NCBI RefSeq assembly: GCF_022045235.1
Contig: NW_027266308.1
Span: 57,722,001-57,786,000, forward strand
DNA: 64,000 nucleotides
Source: Haliotis cracherodii
Lineage: Eukaryota
Reading direction: 5' to 3'
Under the pieces are notes generated by a model. It worked only from the letters and a program-made list of their open reading frames with translations, ran no database searches and was not told where the DNA came from. A program made the translations under genes and the position numbers. This document shows positions 1-13,400 of the stretch, piece after piece. The first letter of the stretch is position 1, and every line of letters begins with the position of its first letter.

Positions 1-161
1 TACAAACAATAATCTTTACAATACATTTCTTCATGCACAAATATGTAGACGTACCAAGTTATATTTTTAACGACAGAAGGTACAACATTCCACTTTTATC
101 TGGGGGATCTGAGGCATAAATTATCATAAATGCCTTATTTGAAGAGTCACGTGAAACTTAC

Positions 162-339
162 CAAACTCAACAAAATCTGATATATTTTTCTCTTTACGCA
201 GAGTAGAATTTGTGCACTCATCGTAGAGGGTGACAAGCACGTCGAGAAGGGTCTCGACGCTGACAGTGTAGCCATCACTAGCTGAAGCGCCTTGCAGATA
301 CAGCTGTTCCAATGCTTTCAACCTCTCTTCCGCAGACAT
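162..339 (-). CDS. CDC42BPA: First coding exon of MRCK (myotonic dystrophy kinase-related CDC42-binding kinase, DMPK family); gene continues off the left edge
   Basis: ATG at 339; MSAEERLKALEQL...SVETLLDVLVTLYDECTNSTLRKEKNISDFVEF matches the MRCK N-terminus. The 178-nt exon ends in phase 1 at G|GTAAGT (161). Confidence 0.9.
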
Positions 340-794
340 CGCTGGTCTTCGCACGAGATCGTGTAGACCTGCGTAATCCCCGGGCACGATTTCTACACCT
401 GTCTAGGGAGGCACTTCATCTCCCAAAGTCGTCACTGACAGTTCCAAATAATGCAATACTTTACTGCAATAATCCAACTTTCCTTACTTTAGATCAACGA
501 AGGCATCATTCCTATCGAGAGACTTGACACCTTGAAAAGATAGACCACTTCCTCTACAAAATACCATTGCTTTCTTCGTTTATAAGCGTCTCAGCGGTGA
601 TCAAACCTGTTCATTTGAATTATCCGTTATTCTCCTTAATGCTTCCGCACATCGTGTGTCCCTCCTGGTTACAATTTTCGGCCAAGAAGCCTTTAATATT
701 GTCTCTTGTCAGTGACTAAAATCTAAGAAACCATGCAAACATGGCTGACAAGGTGCCCCACTGAATCATGGGTACTGCTACGCAGAAGTTGGTA

Positions 795-802
795 TGACGT
801 CA
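795..802. promoter_or_regulatory. CRE palindrome TGACGTCA upstream of MRCK
   Basis: Perfect TGACGTCA ~450 bp upstream of the MRCK ATG, near an AACATGGC YY1-like motif (~738-745). Function not shown. Confidence 0.35.
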
Positions 803-1383
803 TTTCTACATTATGTTAATATAAAGAGAGTGGTCTTCAGAGCGTACACTATTTTTCAATGGGATAACAAAATTTAGGTCAACACACAATGTTTTGATGT
901 GGATGTTTAAGATAATTACAGTAGAGAATGCTTTTCAGAACAGATTATGGGATGTGCAGTGAAAGAAAACCCCAGTGATAACTCAACCTAGTTTCAAGCC
1001 ACTGCCTGACTAATCCCGTCGCTGAGTTGAGTCACGCTAGTCGAGACGCATGTAGTAGATTCGGAAACTACCGAGCCCTTGTCGGTGTCGCTGTGCTTCG
1101 AATGTACTTAGATTTATACTCAAACATTTTTATTTTAGAGAGGAAGAATAAACTTAAATTCAGGAAGTGGAGTTTAGTGTCCAGTTTCCCTGGGGCTAGA
1201 GAATTCGCGGACTATTGATTTTGTTGTTGTGTGTGTGTGCGCTGTCAAAGTGACAACCTGGAAACTGCCCAAGTCATTCATCTCTTGAAAGTGAATGAAA
1301 TTCGGAATACTCTAGAGGTTTTTAAACGCCGGGTCAGTTAAATTACCCCCTGTCGCTTATTGAAGTTTACTATATATCCCTGT

Positions 1384-1385
<2 letters not shown>

Positions 1386-1449
<64 letters not shown>
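1386..1449. repeat. (TA)n microsatellite
   Basis: About 32 TA units. Confidence 0.95.
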
Positions 1450-1453
<4 letters not shown>

Positions 1454-4400
1454 GTAGTGAGCATTCTTCACAATGTTAATAACAAGTAGGCTTTAAGAAA
1501 ATAATCTAACAAAACATATTCCATCTCATTAAATTAAAAAATTAAATGCGCATTGACCAGCATTGACACTTTTATATTTACACGCGCACGTGTCGATTCC
1601 GGAGCTGAAAAGGCCATATAACGTAACATTATATCTATGCATCCCTGCAGCTGTGTGTCATCGTGACACGGCTCGATGTAGTGGATCATTGCTCATGTTA
1701 TCAACCACTTGTTTGCCTATAGTAGAGTCACACTGATACAGCCTCATATTGTTTATCGCCATACACATATCAAGGCCGTAGTTATTTTTTTTGACAGGGG
1801 GTCAAATATTTGTACGAGTATCACTTGTCCCCAACATGTATTTTCATGATTCAAATAAAACATTTTTCTATATACAAATCCAGGGGGGGGGGGGGGGGGG
1901 GCAACTATTTATCGAGGATAAAAGCGATGCTGGAAAAGCGAGCTAATCCTCATAGAGATAGGCTTCGCTTTGACCACATGCCTGACTCTTGAGTGGAATC
2001 TTGCGCGATATACTCAAGGGGAACATTTTATAAATTTGCCTATTTTAATAATTTGCCTATTTGTAAATTAATTATGTGTAAGACATACATGTATTATTTT
2101 TTGTGTTATTGGGTTGAAGGGGTAGGGGGCGGCTGGGTTCACTTTTTTCATTTGTAACTTCGGGCGGGGGAAGGTGGGGGATATTTCTTTTTTTAAATTG
2201 TTACACCTTCTGTGTGAGTGGGTTGTTCACTTGCTAATATGCTCGTGTATTTCCATCATATATAGTGGGGTGGGGTTGGAGTAGTGTGTGTCATTTGAAT
2301 CTATATTTCTGTTATTTCGAATAGGAGGGATGTGTGTTGCGGGTAGGGTTGGGAACAGAAATACAAAGGTATGCATGAAATAATCAGTGTCATGAAAAGT
2401 ATAAGGGTTTTGTGGTTATAAAAGGAGGGTCCTTTGCTGGGGTCTATTTAGACCCGGACCCCAGAACTGCTTGATGAAACACATACAGCAATTCTTTATG
2501 TCATTTGTAAAATGACTAACACGGGTGTTATAGCGTCACGGATGGTGAAGCCTGGCTCGTGAAATTAAAAAAATATGCAATTTATGATAAATACATGCAT
2601 GTACTGTTTCTGTTATATAATAGCAAGCGCGTTAACCTACACATGTTTGTCGCTCTGCAACGATGTAGGTATCCCTATATCCAATAGATGACGGCTCTGC
2701 GTGTCATGAAAGTTACTCATGGGGATTCCCGGTTAGAAGTGGTACCTATCAACCAATAAGAATGGCCGTCCGAGGCAGTTGAATGGATCGGGTGGTAAAG
2801 ATCGGTGACTTGGTTGATTGTGTGGCGTCACACCCCGACGTCGCTGGACGTTGCTCACAACGGATTGTGTGGTCAAGACTCCAATATACAGGAATATAGA
2901 GAAACAAGCAAACAAAGAACAAATACTCCACTCTTCATTTATTCGCGCTTATGTATGTGCCAGACTTAATTAATCATTTTGTTAATTATATTGTTTTTGC
3001 AAAAAAGAGGGTGTGTGCATTTTCATATCGAGCGTATACTGTATATCTAGCACCCTTTAGGTTTATATTAAGACGTTACATTTTTGTCATTGTATTAAGT
3101 CGTAGTTCGTTTTTGCCAGTGAAAGCTGTTGTTACACCCACAGCATACAATCTGGACCAACCCATACATTATAAGAAGGATATACACACTAAAAACCAGA
3201 GCACTACGAACAAGTCGTTTCAAGCTCTTTATACTACAAACAACGATACAAAACGAACAGCGTCTTCTACGACATGAATGTCTCGACCCCAGTCCCACCC
3301 TCACTCCCTCGCCCTGGCCGAACCTCACTCTGCCCGAACCTTACTCTGCCCGAACCTCACACTGCCTGAACCTCACACTGCCCAAACCTCACTACCTTAC
3401 CACGCCCGAGCCAAAAAGAGCAGGTGGTGTATGTATAAGCAAATAGTTCTCTGGCCATAACCTTGTAATTTATAATTGTAAATAATAGTCACTTGTTATA
3501 TCTCATATTTTAACGACGATATTGTTGCAACAACGCGTTCCTAGTCTACATTTGTATCACTGGGTTGCTCCCTAGATGAAAAGAAACATCTCTCCTGCCT
3601 CGGGAGGATGGAAAAGAAGATGCTTTTTATTGCTCGAAAGAAACAAAACAAGCACATGACTATATTTCTGAAGAAAATGAAACGTTGGGTTGTACACGTG
3701 TTTCTATATAATATCGCATTTGGTGACGAAACCATAGACACTGTCACAGTATAGTGGAAATGGGAGTGTGAACACGGAATGGAAAATGTAAGAATCGTTT
3801 GTATACGTGTGTTAAGTTAATATTCTTTTGCAATTTACTCTGAATCCCCACTTTATATATACAGTATAAAATGTTTCACTCTCTGACAATACGTATGATT
3901 CGAAGTATAATCTGTAGACAACAATTTTGTTGGATCAGAACATCGTGACCATGCAGCGAGTCGAGATATGACTTATGCTCCATAACAACGGTGAAGGCGA
4001 AAATAGCACCGTTGTGTCAGAGTTATCTCCCTGTAATGCAGTGTCGATAGACGGCGCGCGAAAGAATTTAACACAAGCTCCACCTCAACGCGCTCCAACT
4101 GTATCTGCGATATCAAATAGGGAGCGCGAGAGCGTGATATCGCTGTGACGAGTTTAAGCATTTGTTCCATTGGCCGTTATAAATAGTATCATGTATTTTC
4201 CACATAAACACGGTCACAGCTGTAGCGTCGGTGTCATATGTCAATTTCATCATCAAAATATTATACGTAACACAATTTTCTCTGCTGTTATGGTATGTAT
4301 TGATGTATTTTTAATAGCCTTAATGTACAAATCGTGATCTTGAAAGGTTTGAGGTGAATGTCTCAATATGCACTAGGTTAGATCGATCGAGTCTTTAGTC

Positions 4401-4590
4401 ATAAAGACCGATGAAGGTAACATTTGTCAAGTTGCATCCATTTAACAATTGCTCGATTCAAGACAACACACGCCGTTCATTCAATTACCCTCCGCACGAA
4501 TAATGATAATACAAACAGGGTTGCTAATTTTGCATAATACGCGAACTCTGTGAAAGTCCACAAGCGCACACAAAATGGGCGTGTCTCAAC

Positions 4591-7024
4591 ATGCCCGATC
4601 AAGAAGGCTTTCAAGCAGATGTACAGCATTCAACTTCAGTCCAGATTAATCTTATTATTTGTTTATGTTTCCCAACTTGTCTTTTAAATAATCAGTCATG
4701 CTGTTTCACACTTATATGTACTAATGTGTACAACAGTCTGTTAATATTGTGAGACCCGTGAAGATCTGGGGTAGAATAGGTCTTCAGCAACCAATGTTTG
4801 CCGTAAAGGCGACTATGCTTGTCGTAAGAGGCGACTAACGGGATCGGGTGGTCAGGCTCACTGACTTGGTTGATGCATGTCATCGTATCCCAGATGCGTG
4901 GATCGATGCTCATTATGTTAAACACTGGATTGTCTGGTCCAGACTCGATTATTTACAGACTGCGTCATATAGCTGGAATATTGCTGAGTGCATCTTTAAA
5001 CCTAAAAAACAACAACTAATATTGTGAATTGTATTCACATTGTCTTTAATTTAACCCTTTTTGTAGAATCCAGTGTGGAATACCTTGGTCAGTCTTCTCA
5101 TAATGAAATTCACATTAGGGCCTAGTGGAGACAAATCTCCAGTCTGTAACACATTTGCAGAAAAGGTTGTTATTACTGTAACGTCATAACTACACCATTG
5201 TCATGAATTCATATATTGCTCTATGTTATTCTAGTATTACAGACAATTTGTGGCAAAGTGCTGCTCCATCTGTTCAACATACTTGTCAATATTTTGTTCC
5301 ACAGGACGTTGATGCAGAAACAATAGATGAAGGACTCATCAACAGGCTGCCTGGAGATCTCATATTGGAGATATTCTCGTATCTGGATGCAGCATCCCTG
5401 AGTGCTGCGGGTTTGGCATGCAAAACATGGGCGTCCCTCATTGGTCAGTCAGAAACGCTATGGAAAACGAAGACTCAGCAGATCCTTGACAGAGATGCTC
5501 AACGATATATCATCCAATCAAAATCAGAAGGGAACTCGTGGAAGGTTGGTTTGAAACAGATGCATGTACATTTATTATATTTAGTACTTTAACTTAAACT
5601 TGAGCTGAGGATGTCTGCTGGTTTGGGTTTGTTTGTGACACTCTTAACTGTCCTACATCAGGGGTCTTGTCATGACATCTTTTGTCAGTCTATCTGAAGT
5701 GATGAACCTGAGAGTCAAAAACTGTTTTTCAAATCATCAAAGATACAGATACAAACAATCTTTTTGTTTATTTTTCGATAAACTGAGAAAGAAATTCGGT
5801 CATGCCTACTTCTGGACAACTGAAAATAGAGTGAGCAAGGCTTGCGTTGCATTATTGCACTGAACAATGTAACTGATTTCATATTGCTGTTTTTCATCTT
5901 TTGTGTTCATGCTGAAATAAGCAGTCTGTGAAGGTATTATTGTTTACTGATTGGAATTGACAAATAATTTTTGTGTTTATAGAGGCATAAACAAAAAATT
6001 CAGCAGAAAAAGGGGATTGTTTTTGTTCTTATTTACGGACACAAAAATGACACTTAATACTCATGATTTACAGAATAATCTTTGTCAGTAATTGAAGTGA
6101 ATTCTTATCCAGAAAATCACAAGTTCAACAGCATTGTAAATGTTGTATTGACTTACAATACTGTTAAAGCAGATTGGGTAATTTCAACCTTGGGTTAATC
6201 AATCTAGTACAAGGTTCAAGAGGTGAGTTGTTATGTTTAATGTTACATTCAAGACCTGACTGAAGTTCTTATTTCAGTTTAGGACTTAAATATAGCAACT
6301 TGCATGCATGTTTGTGCTGCTGCTTGTACTCGTCCAGACATATGCCCATTTTATTGTGCTAGCCCCTTGAGATGCAATGCCACAGTTTAAAATGGATACA
6401 CTACTCATATACATTTCCAAGGGCCAGGCAGGGTATGAGTGAGTGAGCGAGTATGGTTTTACGCTGCTTTTAGCAATATTCCAGCAATATCACGGCGGAG
6501 GACTTCGGAAATGGGCTTCACACATTGTACCCAGGTCTTCGGCGTGACGAGCGAATGCTTTTACCACTAGGCTACCCGACGACCCCCCCCCCCCCCAACT
6601 CCCCCCACCCAGGCAGGGTATGAACAAGTACCATCTTTTATCATCTTTGGTATGACGCCACTGTGAATTGAACCATGAACCTTCCGCTCTCCTGGCAGAG
6701 TCTCACTCACTAGATCACGGACATGGTCCACAAGGTTTATGGAAAGGTAGACTGAGGTACCCGTAGGCATGCGCAGCTTTCATTTTGACATGTACAGATA
6801 GCATTCAACTCTAAAACATTTGAACAACTCAATTACATACTACTTCCCACTGACTGTTCCAGGAATCCTTCCAGATGAATTATGGGAGCAACCTTATCAG
6901 AAGTAAATGGAAGCGGGGTATGTTCAGTCAACCCAAAGCCATGGTGGATCTTCCCCCAAAGGTCCTGTGTCCCATGACCGCTGACACCTGGGGGGAAATT
7001 TTTCAAATGGAGCTGCAAAGATAA
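4591..7024 (+). CDS. FBXO48: F-box only protein 48-like, ~143 aa; join(4591..4620,5305..5544,6863..7024)
   Basis: F-box (LPGDLILEIFSYLD...ACKTW) in exon 2; C-terminus LPPKVLCPMTADTWGEIFQMELQR* matches the FBXO48 tail. All junctions GT-AG, phase 0. Exon 1 is the least certain. Confidence 0.85.
4751..5015 (+). mobile_element. SINE-like family B (~270-290 bp, no tRNA head)
   Basis: GACCCGTGAAGATC...GTCGTAAGAGGCGACTAACGGGATC...GCTGGAATATTGCTGAGTGC...AAAC tail; about a dozen copies in the window. Confidence 0.8.
6437..6592 (-). mobile_element. tRNA-derived SINE family A nested in a decayed family D SINE
   Basis: Matches family A; (ACTC)n tail; flanked by duplicated CAGGCAGGGTATGA (~6425 and ~6610). 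Confidence 0.75.
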
Positions 7025-8100
7025 GGAAACCACAACAAACATGTCGCACGTCTGGAAGGACAATGCTGACACCAACCAGGAAGAATGTCAGCTTGGTCGC
7101 GGCACTTTCTCTTCATGACGACATATCAACAAAGAGAAACAGTCAAGGAGTTTGTATCCAGACATTATGTGTCAAATACACTTTTCACTCTGATGGATGC
7201 TCATCAAGGACGAGGATGGATGGAACAAAGATGATGTATCTTGGTAGCTGGCTATTGACATGGCCGACTTGAACATGTGAGCTTTACTCTGTATTTATTT
7301 ATGTTTACAAACACAAACAGCTGAGATAGCAGTCAGGGATTTACATCTGCATGTTGAATGTCTTACCATTTTAACTGAGAGAATATTACGAGTTGAGTAG
7401 GTATGTTAAGAGGTTAACCTTGTTCTGTATTTGTAAGAGTAATTGTTGACCAACACACATTGCTCTAGGTCCTTATTTTGTGCTCGTCTGATCATTTTAA
7501 CTATAAAATGACTTTCCAGTTTTATCATAATCAGCCCCACATTGTGCATTTTTCGTTTAGCCCTGGGGGTGTTGTGACCTGGGATGATGAGAGGTGGAGA
7601 ACATGTATTGTTACAGTATGATCTTTTAGTATATGCAAGTTTTTATCTACCCAAGTGGTACCAATGGATGATGTGAATATGCTATAATATACATAAAGGT
7701 AATACACATAAGATTGTTACTATCTATTTTATCAAGTTCTTTGTACATACTGATGTATTTATTTATTTTCATTTAACTTATTTATTGATTGAAAAATTTG
7801 TTGTAGATCAACACATTTTTGTTGTTTGGTGCTTTTAGTCATAAAAAATAGAATTGTTATCATTGAAGGCTATGGTCATCAAGGAACATGGTTCCATGTG
7901 TCCAAGAGATATTACCATTATCCAATATGAGATACATGATTTGTGCTTCCTTATAATATTACATGTTTATCACATCATGTGACCTGACCATAAGTGATGC
8001 ATTCATGAGTGGTGCAGAGAGACAGATCTTAGTCTGAACACCGTACTGTCATTGATGCACCCTTAAAGTCCGGTCAGGTGATATTTCACTGGAGTATCAG

Positions 8101-8646
8101 TACTGGTTACCGACCAGTTATCGCCATTTATTCATGTTCTTTCTGACATATTTCATGTACAAAGTTGAATGCACCAATGACTTTAATTTTTGTGAAACTA
8201 TGAGCAAATGGGCTTATTTCTGTCCATGGGAAAAGAATCAGTTTTCAGTATCTAGCGTATCACACTCAATGTTGGTATTCATCAATTTGAATAAGAAATG
8301 CTGTCGTCTGCAAACTGACAAAAAACAATATTCCCTTAATTCGATCTTCACATGCTTGTCCCTAACACTATGTACTATGGATTTCACGATATATACAGGT
8401 TACGGTATGCATTTTTGGAAATATAGCTCAAATAGGTTTCAGAATTGTATTTTGGGGAAGAAATGACAGACAGATAGAAAGCAATGACAGAACTGAAACT
8501 GCATCATTGTGTTGTTTGATTTTTGTGTGAATTAATCACATGACACCGCCCGCATGTCTTATGTTGGATGAGATGCGATCATGTGCGGGCTGTAATGGGG
8601 AGTTGGCGATAATTGGTTCTCAGCGATAACTGGTCGCTAGCCAGTA
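8101..8646. mobile_element. MITE with terminal inverted repeats
   Basis: TACTGGTTACCGACCAGTTATCGC at left; GCGATAACTGGTCGCTAGCCAGTA at right; no ORF. Confidence 0.65.
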
Positions 8647-10071
8647 TAGTATTTTTAGTTTATTTTTTCAGACATTGACTACACATGACACCTATTAATG
8701 AACTCTATTGTCTGGGATGGTCTGAAAGAAAATTTGTTGATCATTAGGTTTTACACATTCTGTTATATGAATAAATATGACATGTGAAGAATTTGTGACT
8801 GTTTATTGACTTGTCTTCATGTTATTCACATGTGTATCATATCACATACAATACAATTGCTGGTCTTTGTGATAGTATGATGCCATTTCCATCTCCACTG
8901 TGAATGACGAGAGACAGCAGCTTGTCTGCAATATCCTGGGTCAGACAACCAGTGCAAGGCCGTAGTTAACCTTTTTTGACAGGTGGGGCATATAAGATTA
9001 TTCATTTGTTATTCAAGTTAACTTTCACAAGGAAAAATGTTTTCTCTAAAAAAACCAGGGGGGCGACTATCCCCGGCTGGCTATGGCACTGCAGTGGTGG
9101 AAAGTGTGATCATGTTCCTCAGTCAGGGAACAACACTTCTTCCCAAGGCAAGAGCGTCCACTAGCCTTTTTATCAAAGTCTTTAAGAAATCAGGCTTTGA
9201 TACAGGCTAGTGGATACGCTTGCCTCGAGAAGATGGGAACAACCCTTCTCACACCCACTCAAACTTCAGAACAATCAATGGCAGATAGTTTAACATGTAC
9301 TACTTTGTTCTGATACTTCACAATACGCATGATATGATGTGTATATCACAGATTGTTGTTTAACATCACACTCAGCAATGACCAAGCAGGCTGTGATGAA
9401 TTGAGTTTGGACTAGAAAAAACAGTGGTTGATATTATGAGCTATGTCCACGCCGCTGGGGTACAATGGCACGCAATCAACCAAATCACTGAGCCTGACAA
9501 CCTGAGCCATCAAGTCACCTCTTATGGCCAGCATTGGTTGCTTGGGACCAATTCTAATCTGGAATCACTACAGAATATATTGCAAACACAACTCATATGT
9601 TTTCACCCTTTGGGGAACCATTCCGACACTGATTTAAGATGATCCTTTACTATCATCTTTACAATGAATCCTTGTTTCTCCGGATGATTAAAATCGTTTG
9701 GATTAACGAATCATGGATGGGAGAAATGTTCCTTTGACATAGTACAAAATTCTCATCAATATTGCCAGGAAGGTGGAGTTACTGGGCTAATGAGGTCTGG
9801 GACAATGATGTTTGACTGTGTTTCAGTATTTCTGTCTCAATAAAACACTAGAGTTAGATGTCAACAGCTGTCAGCCCTGTATTCAATACATACAGGTATC
9901 TCTTGAATAAATATCTATTTACACGAACTCCTCAGAATAAATACAGATGTCCACAGCGGATAGATGGTGCTAGGAGTTATCACTTAGCACACAGTCCTCT
10001 TCAATCTAAGGGCAGTTTGTGCCAGGTACCGGTAGCCACACATGGACGTGAGAAGAAAGTCCTGGCGATAT

Positions 10072-10415
10072 CAGTCTCAGGTACATCTGACACATCAGGT
10101 TCTAGGCCTGAACCTAGACAACACATTGTGAAGCTCCATCCTGCTGTTCCCACTGTCTCAGGTACATCTGACACATCAGGTTCTAGGCCTGAACCTAGAC
10201 AACACATTGTGAAGCTCCATCCTGCTGTTCCCACTGTCTCAGGTACATCTGCCATTGTCTCTCTAGGTCTGGATTCAGACCCAACACATCATGGAGGATT
10301 GGTCTTGCTGTTCCCACTGTCTCAGGTACATCTGACATAGTCACTCTAGGCCTGGATTCAGACCCAACACATAATGGAGGATCGGTCTTGCTTTTTTCGT
10401 TATCTTGGGTACATC
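10072..10415. repeat. ~81-bp tandem repeat (about 4 units) in the FIBP 3' UTR
   Basis: GTCTCAGGTACATCTG recurs at ~10074, 10156, 10236 and 10319; the last unit overlaps the final FIBP codons. Confidence 0.85.
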
Positions 10416-13400
10416 TGCACCACACATTGCCTGAGGGTGCTCATATACCTCTCCCACACTGGCTGAAGATGAGGGGACCCCCTGTAACACCAACATCATA
10501 CATTCATCATATTATACAACATTCAAACTTACATACCAAGTACAAGCCTGACATAGTGATGATATTGTTTGTTTGTTGTTTAACGCTGCACTCAGCAATA
10601 TTCCAGCTATATGATGGCGGTCCGTAAATAATTGAGTCTGGACCAGACAATCCAGTGATTTATATCATGAGCATCAATCCAAGCATTTGGGATACGATGG
10701 CATGCATCAACCAAGTCATCGAGCCTGACCACCCGATCCCGTTTGTCGTCTCTTACGACAAGCATAGTCACCTTTTAAGGCAAGCATGGGTTGCTGAAGA
10801 CCAATTCTGAGGATCTTCTGAGCTTCAACCAAGATACTACCCATTGCCCTGCACCGGGAGACATTTAGTCACCTGTTACATATAGTTTGACACAGATCTT
10901 ACCGTATAAATTCCATGGATGCAGCTGCCATCTTGTAGGCTGTGAGGGATGCCTCCACATCAGACCGCGACCAGTTGTTCTGAAGACATGGCTCTATCAA
11001 CTAGAACAGAGAAATATGGTCCGAAAAAGTGGGTGAGTGAGGTACAACACTGCTTAGAACATTATTTTGGCCATATAAGGGCGTGTCAGGTGAATGTGGG
11101 AGGAAAACCCGAAGTGAAAAAGGTATGACACTTTTGTCATAATAAGAAAACATACATTTTTTTGTATATGTCAAAAAGCAGACTATTCATAAACGCTACA
11201 CATCACATCATACATACAGGCAGATGTCTATGACATCAGAATAAATAGTAAAATTTCACTTAAATTAAATTTCAAACAAGGTTTGCTATCAAAGTAATTA
11301 CCAAACATCAAAGTGCATTGCAGAAGAGATAAATGCTTGCTTACCTTTTCATAGAAGTCAAGGAAAATATCTTTGGATTCTCTGCTGTGGTTGAGACCGT
11401 ATGCAATATTCAGGATATTTTTGGAATAATTCTGAAATATAACTATCAGTTAGGAATACTTGTTTGATTATCATTTATCCACAATTATTCAATTACTTGT
11501 TTTTCCGGTGTGGTCTCCATGTATGCTGGGTGCAAGTGGCTACACCTTACACCTTGTCTTATGTAGTTTTAGCTGAGAGAAAATACCATCACAAAAATGG
11601 CATCTGGCCTTCTTCTATAACTTCTGCCATCTGTATTCTGACTAGCTCTTTCTTTTCTTTTCATTCCCATTGGAATTTAATGATTAATTGGAGTGACAAA
11701 CAAACACAAAAAAACAAACTAAATTAGGGTATCAGTATCTTCCGACATTTATAATTGGCCAGCCGTAACATGCTCAAAAGTAAGAGGTGAGCTGAAATGG
11801 AGTTTTACGTCGTGTCAAAGATTATTGCACTTATATAGCAATGTGCATGCACATGTGTGAGTGTGGCTGCTTGTACTAGTCCAGACAAATGCCATGATAT
11901 AGTGCTTGCCCACTGAGATACCATGCCTCAGTTTAACATGGATACCCTACTCAGACACAGAATATTGACTCTGGGCTGACAAGATTTGTTTTAGCCCCTT
12001 AATGCCAAGTGCCAGGCAGTGTAACAACAAGTACCCTCCTTAAACATCTTTTGTCCTGACATGGCCACGGTCTGAGACCCCGATCTTCCAATTTCCGGAT
12101 GGATGCTCTAATACTAGACCACCGAGGCGGTATAAAATGAAAGAAATCCTAATGACACTTACTTTGAAATTGGCCTCCATGTCGCTGTATGCTCTGTCAG
12201 AGACTTTACCTTTCATCGATCGGAGCAGCAACCTGAGGACAGATTGTAAATGTATTGACAGCATAAAATACTGTTGTGTTTCAGGCCCTTCAGTAATACA
12301 TGTCCCCATCTTGCAGTGTTTGAAATTAGATATAAAGACCAAGGATTCTACATCAGATGTTATAAGATGGTACAGACTAACAGGGTCCCTAGATTACATA
12401 GTAGTGCAGTAGACCTGCAGAATCACCAGCCCTAACACCCCCACCCCTTGTGTTCCTCACAGCACCCCTTCAACCCCTACACCATCACCCCTCAGCCCCT
12501 ACACCCCCACTCCTTTTTTTCCTCACAGCACCCCTCACACCACAGCGCCCCTTCAACCCCTACACCATCACCCCTCAGCCCCTACACCATAACCCCTTGT
12601 GTTCCTCACAGCAACCCCTCAGCTCCTACACCCCCACCCCTTGTGTTCCTCACAGCACCCCTTCAATCCCTACACCATCACCCCTCAGCCCCTACACCCC
12701 CACCCCTTGTGTTCCTCACAGCACCCCTTCAATCCCTACACCATCACCCCTAAGCTCCTACACCCCCACCCCTTGTGTTCCTCACAGCACCCCTTCAATC
12801 CCTACACCATCACCCCTAAGCTCCTACACCCCCACCCCTTGTGTTCCTCACAGCACCCCTTCAATCCCTACACCATCACCCCTAAGCTCCTACACCCCCA
12901 CCCCTTGTGTTCCTCACAGAACCCCTCAGCCTCTACACCCCCACCCCTTGTGTTCCTCACAGCACCCCTCAGCCCCTACAACCCCACCCCTTGTGTTCCT
13001 CACAGAACCCCTCAGCCTCTACACCCCCACCCCTTGTGTTCCTCACAGCATCCCTCAGCCCCTACACCCCCACCCCTTGTGTTCCTCACAGCACCCCTCA
13101 GCCCCTACACCCCCACCCCTTGTGTTCCTCACAGCACCCCTCAGCCCCTACAACCCCACCCCTTGTGTTCCTCACAGCACCCCTCAGCCCCTACAACCCC
13201 ACCCCTTGTGTTCCTCACAGAACCCCTCAGCCCCTACAACCCCACCCCTTGTGTTCCTCACAGCACCCCTCAGCCCCTACAACCCCGCCCCTTGTGTTCC
13301 TCACAGCATCCCTCAGCCCCTACAACCCCACCCCTTGTGTTCCTCACAGAACCCCTCAGCCCCTACACCCCACCCCTTGTGTTCCTCACAGCATCCCTCA

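Noticed and set aside
124-387. 87-aa ORF taken as a complete gene
   Set aside because: It is MRCK exon 1 plus UTR and intron read-through; the real coding part is 162..339.
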